NCBI GenBank assembly: GCA_035271645.1
Contig: DATERJ010000012.1
Coordinates: 93,551-157,550 of the forward strand
Direction of reading: 5' to 3'
DNA length: 64,000 nt
From: Candidatus Dojkabacteria bacterium
GTDB lineage: Bacteria; Patescibacteriota; Dojkabacteria; SC72
The stretch's first letter is position 1. Every line of letters begins with the position of its first letter. Under the pieces are notes generated by a model. The model searched no databases, was not told where the DNA came from, and worked only from the letters and a program-made list of their open reading frames with translations. The translations under genes and the position numbers were made by a program. This document shows, one piece after another, positions 18,034 to 30,200 of the stretch.

Positions 18034-19137
18034 ATGAGTAATAGAACAAGTATGAAGCTTGAAGACAGCTTAAATGAATATACCTTAACTGTTGTTAAGG
18101 ATCTTTTTCTCTGTACATTAGTAATGTCTTGTCTTAGTCTTCTACTCTGTTTTTATGGTATGGGAGAGCATTACTATCATCTGTCTTGCCTTTTCTTTTT
18201 ACTTGCAATCTTTCTGTTTGTTGTACTCAAAAGAAGAGATAAATGTGGGAAATTTTTGACAAAGATGATAGCTATATTCACTCCACTACTACTTTTGGGT
18301 CTTTTTTTAGTTGATGACTTTGTAATTTCGATAAAACCTTTAGTCTACCTCTATTTCACTTTCTTTTTGATAGAGATTATTAGGATGGCATTTTTGTTAG
18401 ATTCTTATGTAAGGTCTCTTTTAAAGAAACAGCAAGAATATCAGATTGTTGCGAGTTTTGAGAATCGTAACAGGCTTTTAGGTAAGGTTTCTAGGTCATT
18501 ACTTCACGATATCGCTACACCAGTAAGTATTCTTCTTGGTTGTTTAGAATTGTCAGAGGGTAGAAAGTTGAGCAAAATAGAGCGAGAGGATTTATACACC
18601 AATGTTAAAATAGCTGTAAATCAAATGGATTCCATATTGCATAGCACAGATTTTTTGATGAAGAGGTCTTCTTCTGTTGAAAGCTTTTCAATTGATGAGT
18701 GTATAGAGGAGATAGTTACTTTGCTAAGGGTGAGGACTGATGAGGCATGTATTCTAGTTGAAAGAAATTATCATACTAAAGAGAATATTACAGGAGATAG
18801 AAATGTGTTTTTAAGGGTGTTTCTTAATGTTTTTCTGAATGCTATAGAGGAATTGGAGAAAAGGAAGAGAGATGTTAGAAAAATATCAATAAAGACATCA
18901 GAGACACCTGAATTCTTTACAGTATACATCTTTGATAATGGGGACGGTTTCGATTCTAAGTTGCAGAGAGTATTTAACAATGAGGAGTTTATCTTTTCTG
19001 GAAAAGCTTTAGATTTAGGAAGTGGTTTGGTTTTTGTAAAGTATTGTGTGAGAGAGATTTTTAATGGAGATATTAAGATTGAGAATCATAAAGGTGAAAT
19101 GAGGAATTGTTTAAAATTAGTAATCCCTAGGGATTAG
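18034..19137 (+). CDS. Membrane sensor histidine kinase
   Basis: N-terminal TM helices, the H-box LLHDIATPVSIL, and an HATPase region FDNGDGF…LGSGLVF. Confidence 0.7.
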   Translation: MSNRTSMKLEDSLNEYTLTVVKDLFLCTLVMSCLSLLLCFYGMGEHYYHLSCLFFLLAIFLFVVLKRRDKCGKFLTKMIAIFTPLLLLGLFLVDDFVISIKPLVYLYFTFFLIEIIRMAFLLDSYVRSLLKKQQEYQIVASFENRNRLLGKVSRSLLHDIATPVSILLGCLELSEGRKLSKIEREDLYTNVKIAVNQMDSILHSTDFLMKRSSSVESFSIDECIEEIVTLLRVRTDEACILVERNYHTKENITGDRNVFLRVFLNVFLNAIEELEKRKRDVRKISIKTSETPEFFTVYIFDNGDGFDSKLQRVFNNEEFIFSGKALDLGSGLVFVKYCVREIFNGDIKIENHKGEMRNCLKLVIPRD

Positions 19138-19794
19138 TATTCGATACCCTATCCCCGATACAGTTTCAATAATTTCTTCTTCACAATGTCCTAACTTTTT
19201 TCTTAATCTACATATTAGTGTGTCAATACAGTGTAGACTTCTCTCTTCATAGTTAATATTTAATCTTTTTAAAATGTTTTCTCTTGTACATACATGTCCA
19301 TCTGATTCTAATAGATACTCTAGGCAGATTTTTTCCATTTTAGTCAGAGAGATTTCTTTGTTCTTTCTTCTAACTACTCCTTTTGTGATATCGATGAGAA
19401 CATTCTTTGTTTTGAAGATGTTGTTTTTACAATCAGGTACAAGGTTCTCAATTTGAATACCTAAGAGTTCGAAGCAGATAGGTTTTTTGTGGAAGATGTT
19501 AACTCCTTTTTTGTAAATATTTATTTCTTTTTCAATATCTTTGGGTTGTGAAATTGCGATAATGGATAGGTTTTTCTTTACCTCCTTTATTTTTTCAACA
19601 ACCTTTAACCCACATATATCTGGTAATCCAATATCTATGATTGCAAGGCAGATGTCATTTTCTATTCCTAACCTTATACCGTCGCTTCCGTTACATGTAC
19701 ACACTACTTTGTATCCTTGCTTTTTGAGGTACTTTTCTAAAACAAATATTAAACCTGGACTGTCCTCTACAATAAGTATTTCCTTCTTATACAT
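19117..19794 (-). CDS. OmpR-family response regulator
   Basis: REC domain (ILIVEDSP…IIDIGLPD) plus a C-terminal winged helix. Convergent with the histidine kinase, with a 21-nt 3' overlap. Confidence 0.75.
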   Translation of the reverse strand: MYKKEILIVEDSPGLIFVLEKYLKKQGYKVVCTCNGSDGIRLGIENDICLAIIDIGLPDICGLKVVEKIKEVKKNLSIIAISQPKDIEKEINIYKKGVNIFHKKPICFELLGIQIENLVPDCKNNIFKTKNVLIDITKGVVRRKNKEISLTKMEKICLEYLLESDGHVCTRENILKRLNINYEERSLHCIDTLICRLRKKLGHCEEEIIETVSGIGYRILIPRDY

Positions 19795-19971
19795 ACACCA
19801 ATATACAACAAAGGATATTACAAAGTTGTTACAATTCCTCTTCTTCCTCTTCTCTCCTTTCTTCTCCTTTGTCTTTAGGTATGAGAAAGGAGATTAACAG
19901 AAGTATTAGGAGCATTGTAGGAAAAGCGATTACTATCAACCAAAGGTAATTCATGGAATAGTTGACTTAAA

Positions 19972-20361
19972 TTATTTCTCTTCCTCTTTTTTCTTTTTAG
20001 GTTTCTTTGTAAATATGAAGATGCCAGCAAAGAAAATGATAGAAGAGGTTAAAATTAGATAGAAAGAGAATGAGTCTCCGACTAATCCGAATTGATTAAC
20101 TATATTTCCCCCTTGGGCAAGGACAGAAACACTTGCAAAGAATACTGTTAATAAATTAATGAATGCTAGTTGTTTTACATCCAGTTTTTTATATAAGAAT
20201 ATGAGGACTAAAAAGTTAAAAAGGACAATGAGGGAGAGAGCTATTAAAGGTGTTCTAAAATGTGTTAATACCAATGTATGTTCGTTTGTGAGTGTATCCA
20301 TAATTAATTCATGTAAATTTATTTGTATGATTCTATCATTTTCTCCACTAGTGAGAAACAA
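19972..20361 (-). CDS. Small hypothetical membrane protein with Lys-rich tail
   Basis: 129 aa, 3 predicted TM helices and a KKPKKKKEEEK C-terminus. Confidence 0.35.
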   Translation of the reverse strand: MFLTSGENDRIIQINLHELIMDTLTNEHTLVLTHFRTPLIALSLIVLFNFLVLIFLYKKLDVKQLAFINLLTVFFASVSVLAQGGNIVNQFGLVGDSFSFYLILTSSIIFFAGIFIFTKKPKKKKEEEK

Positions 20362-20885
20362 CAGCCACAGTAATTCTGTTTGTAGAAACCACCATGCTTC
20401 TCATTTGAACCTGAATCTATTTCAACAACATTCAGTTCATATTTTTTTCTTAACTCATTGAGTATTGAAAGTATATTCTTTTTTGATTGATAATGGCTAG
20501 TTAGTAGTGTTGTTGTAACATTCTCAATATTATTCTCTTTTGCATATCTTAATGAATACTCAAGTCTTAATCTCCAACACTTCATACACCTCTCTCCTAC
20601 TTCTCTATCTCCTTTCATTATCTCTCCCATATATTCTTTTGGTGAATAGTTGGGTATTACAAGTTTGATATTCCATTTCTCTTGTAATTGAGGAAGTATT
20701 TTTTGTACAGCTTTTAATCTTTCTAAATATTCTGTTCTAGGATGAATGTTGGGGTTGTAAAAGAGGGAGGTTATCTCAGTTTTACTGTTAATTAACTTCT
20801 TATCCTCTAGATTAAGTAATGCATTAAGTAAGCAATCAGCACAGCATGTATGTATTAGTAAGTTTTTCATATTTGATTTTATCAT
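20319..20885 (-). CDS. queH: Epoxyqueuosine reductase QueH (DUF208)
   Basis: LLIHTCCADC N-terminal Cys motif and a C-terminal …YCGCCFS…; 188 aa, typical of QueH. Confidence 0.7.
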   Translation of the reverse strand: MIKSNMKNLLIHTCCADCLLNALLNLEDKKLINSKTEITSLFYNPNIHPRTEYLERLKAVQKILPQLQEKWNIKLVIPNYSPKEYMGEIMKGDREVGERCMKCWRLRLEYSLRYAKENNIENVTTTLLTSHYQSKKNILSILNELRKKYELNVVEIDSGSNEKHGGFYKQNYCGCCFSLVEKMIESYK

Positions 20886-21032
20886 ATAAAGTGACTTGCG
20901 AACTTTTTAAATTAGAGTGCTTGGTGTATAATGAAGGCCCTGTTGAAAAAGAGATGGTAGAATTTCTTTTTAGCAGAAAGAAGATATATTAACTTCTGTT
21001 GAATACTCCCCTATTCAATGTTTTGATTAAAT

Positions 21033-21506
21033 ATGGAGAATATAGTAGAGGAATATTTTGACCAAACAGATACAGATGATTTGTTTGTACGTCCAATTCT
21101 GTTTGTTGGAGAGAATAGGAGCAATATGGCTCAAGAGAAGGACTGGAGTTGGGAAAGATGTCAACTGGAGAAGAAACCTAGGAATTGTGCTAATCAGCTT
21201 TTTGATGCTTTAGAATATTGTGGTATAGATCCATATGATATTTCAAAGATACATTTTATCAACGCCTTTGAAGATGACCTTACTGAGTGGGTGGTGAATG
21301 AAGATTTGCATGACATTTTTCGTTTTTACTGCGAATCTGGTTTTGCGATAGTTTCTTTAGGAAATCGAGTTCACAGACATTTGGAGGAAATTGATATACC
21401 ACATATTCAATTAATACATCCTGCTGCAAGGGGAAAGATAAGGAAGAAGGAGAATTATAGAGAGCATGTAAGAGAGAGACTATTTGAAGGTTTGACTCAT
21501 TGGTAG
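21033..21506 (+). CDS. Hypothetical protein, possibly uracil-DNA-glycosylase-like superfamily
   Basis: ILFVGENRS (GEAPG-like motif A) and HPAARG (HPSP-like motif B) in UDG-like spacing. The similarity is weak. Confidence 0.3.
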   Translation: MENIVEEYFDQTDTDDLFVRPILFVGENRSNMAQEKDWSWERCQLEKKPRNCANQLFDALEYCGIDPYDISKIHFINAFEDDLTEWVVNEDLHDIFRFYCESGFAIVSLGNRVHRHLEEIDIPHIQLIHPAARGKIRKKENYREHVRERLFEGLTHW

Positions 21507-21635
21507 TTCCCCTGTTTACATTCTCCAATTTATGGTATAATTAAAATAGCTATGGAAGCTTTCTGTGATAGACTGCTTAGAGTGTAATCTCCCATATTTA
21601 TGGTGTAGCAAATTTAATTTTTATTTATATAAATA

Positions 21636-21896
21636 ATGGGTAAAAAGTTATTTGTAGGCAACCTCAGCTGGAACGTTAGAGACGAGGAGTTGAAGGAAGC
21701 ATTTGCTCCATTTGGTACTGTTGAAGAAGCAGTCGTTATCATGGATAGAATGAAGAACAGATCTAAAGGATTTGGCTTTGTTACAATGTCCACAGAGGAT
21801 GAAGCACAGAAAGCAATGACTGAAATGGATGGTAAAGAGATTGATGGTAGACCTGTCAATGTCTCATTGGCCAGAGAAGAGAAAAAGGAAGAGTAA
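21636..21896 (+). CDS. RRM-type RNA-binding protein
   Basis: RNP2 LFVGNL and RNP1 KGFGFVTM; 86 aa. Confidence 0.8.
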   Translation: MGKKLFVGNLSWNVRDEELKEAFAPFGTVEEAVVIMDRMKNRSKGFGFVTMSTEDEAQKAMTEMDGKEIDGRPVNVSLAREEKKEE

Positions 21897-21918
21897 TCCT
21901 TTTTAATCTAGGAATTGC

Positions 21919-21950
21919 AGAGGGGGTAGAAATACCTCCTCTTTTTTTTT
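21919..21950 (+). terminator. Rho-independent terminator of the RRM gene
   Basis: AGAGGGGGTA-GAAA-TACCTCCTCT stem-loop followed by T9. Confidence 0.7.
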
Positions 21951-22170
21951 GTATATGTACGACTTTTTTAGGGTCTGCTTTAAGGTCTGACCTAGGTCTG
22001 TCCTCCATTTTCCTTAGCTATCTACCTACTTATCAAGGTTTGTTGGTTTGGACACTTCTGATTTCGGCTTACAAAGTTCAACCGAAATACGACGCCGTGG
22101 ACTAGGAAACGGTTGTACAATGTGAAAACCGAAGGGAATTTAAGGTCTGACCTAGACCAGATCCTTAGGG

Positions 22171-24081
22171 CTATTCCTCTGCGTTTAGCTTGTCGAGCTG
22201 TTGTTTTGCATAGAAGGTGAGGTTCTCTCTCTTTGCCCATATCCTTTCGGTACTTTTAAGAAGCTTCTTTCTAAGTCGGATATGCTTAGGTGTTACCTCT
22301 ATCAACTCGTCATCTTTTATAAATGACAATGCATATTCAATGGTAAGTTGGATTGGTGTTTTAAGTGCAATCTCTGTCACCTGTGCATGGGACATCCTAA
22401 CATTTGTCTTATGCCTCTCCTTACATGGGTTTACCTCTATATCATCCGTTGTGTTAGTAACACCAATTATCATACCCTCATATACCTCTGTTGAACCTGA
22501 TATAAAGAGTCTACCTCTCTCTTGAACACTCATAAGGGCATATGCAAGAGCTGTACCAGTCTCTGATGATATGATAACTCCTTTTCTAAATAGTTCATCT
22601 CCTTTCTCATGAGGGACATATTCTAAAACAGCACTGTTGATAATGGCAGTACCCTTTGTTGCTGTCATTAAGTTCCTATGCAACCCAATTAAATTCCTAG
22701 TTAGAATATGATATGTAAACCTACTCTGTCCCTCTTCACTCTCCATATTAACCATCTTTCCTTTTCTCCCACTAACTTCTTCTGTAATTGCACTTAGGTA
22801 TTCTTCTGGTGCATCAATGATTAACTCCTCTAATGGCTCACACTCTACACCATCAATGTTTTGCAAAATAACCTCAGGCTTTCCTAATTCAAACTCATAT
22901 CCTTCTCTTCTTAACTGTTCAACCAAGATTGCAAGTTGTAGTTCCCCTCTTCCAGAAACATAGTGGGCATTTGCACCTTTACTTTCAATCTTTAGACTAA
23001 TATTTAACCTTTTCTCTTGGTCTAACCTCTGTTGTAATTGTTTTGCAGTAACGAACTTACCTTCTTTTCCAACAAATGGAGATGTGTTAGCAGAGAACTT
23101 TACTCTAACTGTTGGAGGTGTAATCTTAATATCAGGCAATGGCTCTGGATTATCAACACTACAAAGTGTGGCACCAATATCTGTAGAATCAATACCAGTA
23201 ACTGCAACAATCTCCCCTACTCCAGCTTCATTAATTGGAGTCCATTCTAACCCAACTTTAGTAAAAAGCTCATTAACTCTTCCCTGTTTCTTTTCAAAAT
23301 CTTCTTGGTTAGAAACAAGAACAATTGGATCTCCTACCTTTACTTTTCCATTTGATATCTTTCCAATCAAGTATCTTCCTAGATGTTCATCATATTCAAT
23401 ACTTGTTATCTGCATCTGAAATGGTTTGTTAATATCCCCACTTGGTGCAGGAAGGTTTGTAACTATCTCATCTAATATTGGAGTTAGATCTCCACTTGTG
23501 GTTTCTGGTACTGTTAAATCTCCTTTTGGCATCTCTTTGAAAACTTTTCCTTCTCTGGAGATACCATAATATATTGGGAAGTCTAATTGTTCTTCTTTGG
23601 TAGCTAATGAAAGGAAAAGATCATTGATTTTAGATGTTGTCTTTTCAATGTTAGCTAGCTTCTTATCTATCTTGTTAATTATCACAACTGGCTTTAATCC
23701 TAACTCTAATGCCTTCTTAAGAACAAACTTTGTTTGAGGCATCGTTCCTTCTTTTGCATCTACAAGTAGAAGACAACTATCTGCCATATTAAGAGTTCTT
23801 TCTACCTCTCCACCAAAGTCAGAGTGTCCGGGTGTGTCAATAATGTTTATCTTTACTCCTTTGTATTTAATAGCGATATTCTTTGCATTGATTGTAATAC
23901 CTTTCTCTTTTTCTAGTTCTCCTTTGTCTAGTATTCTTGTTTGTTTCATCTCCTCTTGGTTATCTCTAAAGAGGTGTGTTTGCTTCATGAAGGCATCAAC
24001 CAAGGTTGTTTTGCCATGGTCTACATGTGCGATGATAGCAATGTTTCTTAGGTTGTTTTTGTCATTCATATTCTCTGACAT
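22171..24081 (-). CDS. typA: Ribosome-associated GTPase TypA/BipA
   Basis: IRNIAIIAHVDHGKTTLVD G1 motif and DTPGHSDF; 636 aa with EF-G-like domain order. Confidence 0.85.
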   Translation of the reverse strand: MSENMNDKNNLRNIAIIAHVDHGKTTLVDAFMKQTHLFRDNQEEMKQTRILDKGELEKEKGITINAKNIAIKYKGVKINIIDTPGHSDFGGEVERTLNMADSCLLLVDAKEGTMPQTKFVLKKALELGLKPVVIINKIDKKLANIEKTTSKINDLFLSLATKEEQLDFPIYYGISREGKVFKEMPKGDLTVPETTSGDLTPILDEIVTNLPAPSGDINKPFQMQITSIEYDEHLGRYLIGKISNGKVKVGDPIVLVSNQEDFEKKQGRVNELFTKVGLEWTPINEAGVGEIVAVTGIDSTDIGATLCSVDNPEPLPDIKITPPTVRVKFSANTSPFVGKEGKFVTAKQLQQRLDQEKRLNISLKIESKGANAHYVSGRGELQLAILVEQLRREGYEFELGKPEVILQNIDGVECEPLEELIIDAPEEYLSAITEEVSGRKGKMVNMESEEGQSRFTYHILTRNLIGLHRNLMTATKGTAIINSAVLEYVPHEKGDELFRKGVIISSETGTALAYALMSVQERGRLFISGSTEVYEGMIIGVTNTTDDIEVNPCKERHKTNVRMSHAQVTEIALKTPIQLTIEYALSFIKDDELIEVTPKHIRLRKKLLKSTERIWAKRENLTFYAKQQLDKLNAEE

Positions 24082-24257
24082 ACCAGCGGTGATTCTATCA
24101 CTGTTTTTGGTTTATGGAAAGGTGGTTACAATGAGGTATACATGGGTATTGCAAATCTATGGGACATTTGGTATAATTCGGTAATAATTAATTTAAATTA
24201 GGTGTGTTGTCTTTACATACCATTAGATAATATTTATTAATTTTTAATTACAAATTA

Positions 24258-27200
24258 ATGAAGTTCAACAAAAAATCTTTTTGGAAGTCTTTGTACAAGA
24301 TTTCGACAGTCCTATTTTTAGTAGGATATAACTTTGCCCCTGTTGCTTTAGCAGCTGAAGAAATTTCTAACCTTGAACCTGATTCTAATCAATCGGTATC
24401 TGTTACAACCGAAGATACTAGTGAAGACATTCTTGATGAAGGTATATCTAACCCAGAGGGAATTGCTAAAGGAGAGAATGTAAAAGGGGAAGAAGCACAG
24501 AAATCAGTTTCATTGCAAGACACTGTATCTAAGAAAGAGAATGACAGTCAAACGAAAATAGAACTCAAAGCTTCTCCTATGGGAAATTCTGATTTTATTA
24601 ATATCACTTCTGTTACTGTTGATAACCAGTCACACACCACTGTTGTACGTCCGGGCACAGTCAGAGTAAGGGTAGATGCTACAAAGAATATCCCTTGGGG
24701 ATCTACTTATTATAAGTTGAGTAACAACAAGTATGCATGTGTGGTTAAAAGTGATACAGAAGGCACAACACATGAGTTTGACCTTGATATTGGAATGGAT
24801 GTTGGACTTGGTGAATATGATTTGAGTATAACAGCTTACGAGAGATCGGATTGTTCTACAGGTTGGTTCTGGAATCCTAGTTACAAATCAGATACAAAAG
24901 TTCTAGCGAAAGCTGTTAAAGTACAAGATGCTCCTAACCCGTTACTAGGTCAAACTTGTGGCTTAGATATCTCTTTGGTTTTAGATACATCAGGTAGTAT
25001 CGGTTCGACAAAGCTTCAACAGATGAAAGAGGCTTTCTATCTGTTGATTGATTCCTTAAAAGGTACTCCTACTAGGTTCTCTTTAGTAGAGTTTAATACT
25101 AAAGCATATGTGAGACAAGACTTTACTGATGATTTTGATTTAGTAAAAACTAAAATAGCACAATTCCAAAGTAGTGGTAGAACAAACTGGTACGATGCTC
25201 TTTTAAAGTCTGAAAGTACATTTGACCCAAGACTTGATAAAGCTGATTTAATAGTGTTCGCTTCTGACGGAAATCCAAACGAACCATCGAATGCATTAAA
25301 TAAAGCTATTGAACAAGCAAACTTAATCAAAGGTGATGATATAAGAATTTTAGGAATAGCAATTGGTATGAATGTGAACTTGAACAATATGAAAGCTATT
25401 ACTGGTCCAAATCTAAATACTGGTGATTTCCGAACATCAGATGTCATATCCGCTGATTTTGATACTCTTGCAGACCAGTTAGGTAAATTTGCAAGTGATA
25501 CTTGTGGTGGTTCAATTTCCATAAATAAGTATATTGGAAGTCTTGGAACAAAAGGTGGTGCAGGTTGGGAGTTTACAGTAACACCTTCTGACCCTCTTCT
25601 GAAATTGGTAACAGATGAGAATGGACAAGTTAACTCTGGAGAGTTATCTGTAGGAACATATTCTGTAATAGAAACCTCTTTAAGTGGTCATAATTTTGTT
25701 TCAGCTTCTTGTAAAAAGGGCAGTGGGATATTAGTTGGTCAACCTACTAAGAATGGTGTTAAGAATATTCCTGTTAATGCAGATGATATTATAACTTGTG
25801 ACTTTATTAACGACTTGTCATGTAAGGCTGGACAACATACATTAGAAGGACAGATAAAAGGAAATGGGTATACAACAGGGCAACTTTGTGCAGGTAGTGG
25901 TGCTTGTTGGGCAGAAGGTGATAATGTCCCCGCACGATTAACAATAACAGGATTAGAAGTTGGTACATCTTACTCTGCGATTGTATCTCACGATTTTGAA
26001 AATGCATACGGTAAAGTTGGTTATGTCAATTTTAACAATGTGCATAGTGGAAATAATACCGCGACAAACATCACTCTGTCAGAACCTACTATTGAAGGAA
26101 CAGGTCCGACAACAAAGAAGTACACGATTACATTTACTCCTACAAATAGTACAGTTCAGTTAGATTGGAATGCATTATTAAGTGATGAGGCTGGAGAATG
26201 GAGTGGTGGTTCATTACACTATCGATTGGAGGATGGGGTTTGTGGTGGTCTTGGTAAAAGAGAAATACCTATAAACCCAAATCAGATTCAAATAAAAGGT
26301 TCTATTAAACCTATCAAATCAAGTGAAAACAATATCAATCCAACACAGTGGTCATTTAACATCTCTGGTTTGGTAAATGTAAATAATGTTGCTAGTGGTG
26401 AAAAGGCTACAGGTTTACCTCTTGGTGATAAGAATGCAGATGCAACATATACAATAACTGAGACAGGATTAAGTGGATATGAATTAGTTTCTGTTAGTGA
26501 GCCTTGTGTTTTAGATGACGATGGAAAAGTCACTGTTACTTTAACTAAAGCTAATCCTGATGTTGAATGTACATTTGTTAATAAGTTAATGGTTGGAAAT
26601 ATCATTGTAAAGAAAGTAACAGAACCTTCTGGAAGTACAGAAGTATTTACATTTACTACAACTGGAACGGGGTATAATGGCTTTACTTTGACAGATGCAA
26701 CCTCAAATACTCAGACTTTAGTTCCTGGTACATATACAGTCTCCGAGTCTCTAACTGAGCTACAAAAAGATAGCTGGTATTTAAAGAGTTCTACTTGTGA
26801 TAGCTCTATCGTTGGGAAGTCACAGTCTCCTTCAAACTTGAATTTAGCAAGTGGTGAGACTGTGACTTGTACATTTACCAACACACAATATGGCTCTATC
26901 TCAGGTCATAAATGGAATGATGCAGACGGTTCTGATCTTACAACAGATGATAGGACAGGAGTTAAAAATTGGAGGATTTTCATAGATGAAAACGGAGATG
27001 AAAAATATGATGAAGGTGAGAAAGTTCTTCTAACTGATGAGAATGGCTTCTATAAATTCGAAGATCTCAAACCAGGTACATATGTAATTGTAGAAGATAT
27101 GAACTCTTTAGATGGGTGGTATGGCTTAAAGGAGGGTATCAGTCATACAGTATATGTAGGGCCAGGAAAGGATGTGGAAGATGTTGACTTTGTTAATGTT

Positions 27201-30200
27201 AAATATGGAAGCATTACAGTCTTAAAGAATGTTGATGGTAATGGAGATGGGGATTTAGATGATGAGGTTGATGTAAAAGGTTCAGACCAGTGGAATTGGA
27301 CAATTAATAGTGCTGATGCAGGTAAAACTGGAAGTACTCAGTCTAACTTAAAGACAGGTGAGTATATTATTAATGAAAAAGATGGTCCAGTAGGTTACTC
27401 TCTGGTTTCAGTAGAATGTACAGGTAGTGAAGGTATGAAAACAGATGCGGATGGTACAACTACAGTAAACCTAAAGTCAGGTGAAAATGTAACATGTACA
27501 TATACTAACGCAAGAGATACAGGCACATTGATTGTTGAGAAAATAGTTGTAGATGCTGATGGTGGAATTCTCCAAGCAAAAGACTTCTCATTTAAGGTTG
27601 ATATGATAAATGAGGATGAAAGTACTACAGAATATATTTCTCCTACTTACTTTACTCCAAATACAGAGAACCCTCTATCAGGTAAAAATACAATTACACT
27701 AGTTCCAACAGGTACCTACTCTATTACAGAAGTAGAGGCAAATCAGAGAGGATATACAACAACATATAGTGATAATTGTACTAATAATGTAAATATCCAA
27801 AAAGGGGACACAGTTACTTGTACTATTACTAATACGCCCAGTGCTCCAACATTGAAGATAGTTAAGGATGTTATTAATGATAATGGTGGTAATGCAACAA
27901 TATCAACCTTTGGTATTACATTAACAGATACACCATTAACATTTGGAGATGGAACACCTGTTAATGAGACTACTACTAGATATGAAGCTACTCCAACAGT
28001 TGTTGCTAATAAGACATATACCTTGTCAGAGTTAGATAAAACAAAAACAGGATATGAGCAAAAGAAACTTGAGTGTTTAGATACAGATACAAATACAAGA
28101 GTTGATAACAAAGGTGTATTTAGATTAAATCTTGGTCAAAACATAGAGTGTAAGATTGTAAATGATGATATCGTACCAGTATTAATTCTTGACAAGGAAG
28201 TCAATAACAAAGATCTTCCATGGTATTTAAGAAAATCAGCATCAGCTTGGACATTAACGGCTACTGGTCCTACTACATTAAGTGGTAAAGGTAGGAGTAA
28301 CTATGCAAATGATGTTCCGAGTGGAAAGAAATTCAAGGCTGGTACATATACTCTTTCAGAAACAAATATCCCAGGATTTAAATCAGTTAATGGTTGGGTT
28401 TGTAATGGTGTAGCTTTAGGAGAGGATAATAAGATAACTCTTGGGGTTGGAGATAGAGTTACTTGTAAGATTGTTAATGAAAGTGTTTACGGTAAGATAA
28501 TTGTCAAGAAGTTAGTTGAACCTAAAACAGATCCTACTTTGTTTACTTTTACAGGTGATGTGGCTGGAATAATTGGTCATAATGGAGAAATTTCAAAATA
28601 TGTAATTCCTGGAGAGTACTCTGTAACAGAAAAATCTAAAGATGGTTGGAATCTAAGAGATTTAACATGTACAGATCCTACAAATAACAGCTCTCAAGAT
28701 TCTACCAATAAGTATAAAGCAAACATCAATGTAGGAGATAATGAGACAGTCCGATGTACATTTACTAATGAAAAGTTAGGAATAATTTCTGGCTTCAAAT
28801 ATGAAGATAAAAATGGAAACGGAAAATGGGATGTTTTACCACTATTCTCAGAATTACCATTAAGAGGTTGGAGAATCTTCATTGATTTGAACAACGATGG
28901 TGTTCTAAATGTAGGAGAGCCATCTACCACAACAGATGTGTTTGGATCTTACACATTCACTAATCTACCAGTAGGAGGCACATATGTTGTTCGTGAAGTA
29001 CAGCAAGATGGTTGGACTCAAACAACTGCAGATCCTGCTCCTATCACAATTGCAGCAGGAGATGTGAGATTGTTGGTCAACTTTGGTAACTTCAAAGATG
29101 CTACAATCAATGTAACTAAAGATGTTGTTGGAATTGACGGTAAAGCAAATGTTGCAGACACACATGAATTTACTGCACTTTTAAACGATGAAACAGTTGG
29201 TAAGATAATTGCAGAAGGAACCACAGCTACATACAAAGTAGCAAATGGTGCACATACAATAACAGAAGCAGAAGATGAGGACTACACATCTCTGGGTTGT
29301 TTCATTGGTGATGAAGAGTTTACTAATTACTCGGTAAAGAGTGGTCAAACATACAATGTAGTATGTAAGAATGCACAACTACCAGCAACACTAATCGTTA
29401 GAAAGAATGTAGTCAACAGCGAAGGAAAGGATGAGGGTGTGTTCTCAGATGATCAGTTTGATATTGTCTTGGGTGAAGAAACACAACAGATTGCGGATAC
29501 TGCAAATGGTAAACAACCAGCAATATTTGAAGGATTACAGCCAGGTGTTCATACATTCACAGAAACACCAAAAGAAGGATATATCTTCGAAGGATGTACA
29601 GATGATGGTGAGGTTACATTAGGAAGTAATCAAACTCTTGAAGTTGTATGTACCAACAAAGTAATTGATCCAATCCTTAAGATTGAAAAGAGTAATGATG
29701 CAGTAAGTTCATTGTTAGCAGGTGATATGGTTACATACACAATTACAGTAACAGCACCTATTGATGATATAGAGGAAGGTACATATGTTCTAAATAATGT
29801 AGTAGTCTCAGACATTGCTCCAGCAGGATTCAAATATATCCTTGGCTCATGGACAGTAGAGAAAAACAGTGTTGATATTACAGATGAAGTTCCAGAACCA
29901 ACATACAATGATACAAATGTAGCACAGTGGATGATTGGAGATATGAAAGAAGGGGATGTTGTAGTACTAACATACAGAACTAGAATCTCTCTCTTACAAG
30001 ATCCTGGTAACTATCCAGACATTGCATGGGTAGCAGGTACATCACTAATAGATGGTGCAGTACTAGGTGCTTCTACAGTAGACCCACTAACACCATTTGT
30101 AGGGACAGATGTAACAGTCATAGAGCCTGATATTGTAGAAGAAGGAGAAGTATTAGGTGCTTCCATCACCCTGCCAGATACAGGTGCAAGCACATATCTA

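Noticed and set aside
22022-22240. 72-aa minus-strand ORF overlapping the typA 3' end and the palindromic element
   Set aside because: It overlaps the well-supported typA gene and the repeat element, with no start context.
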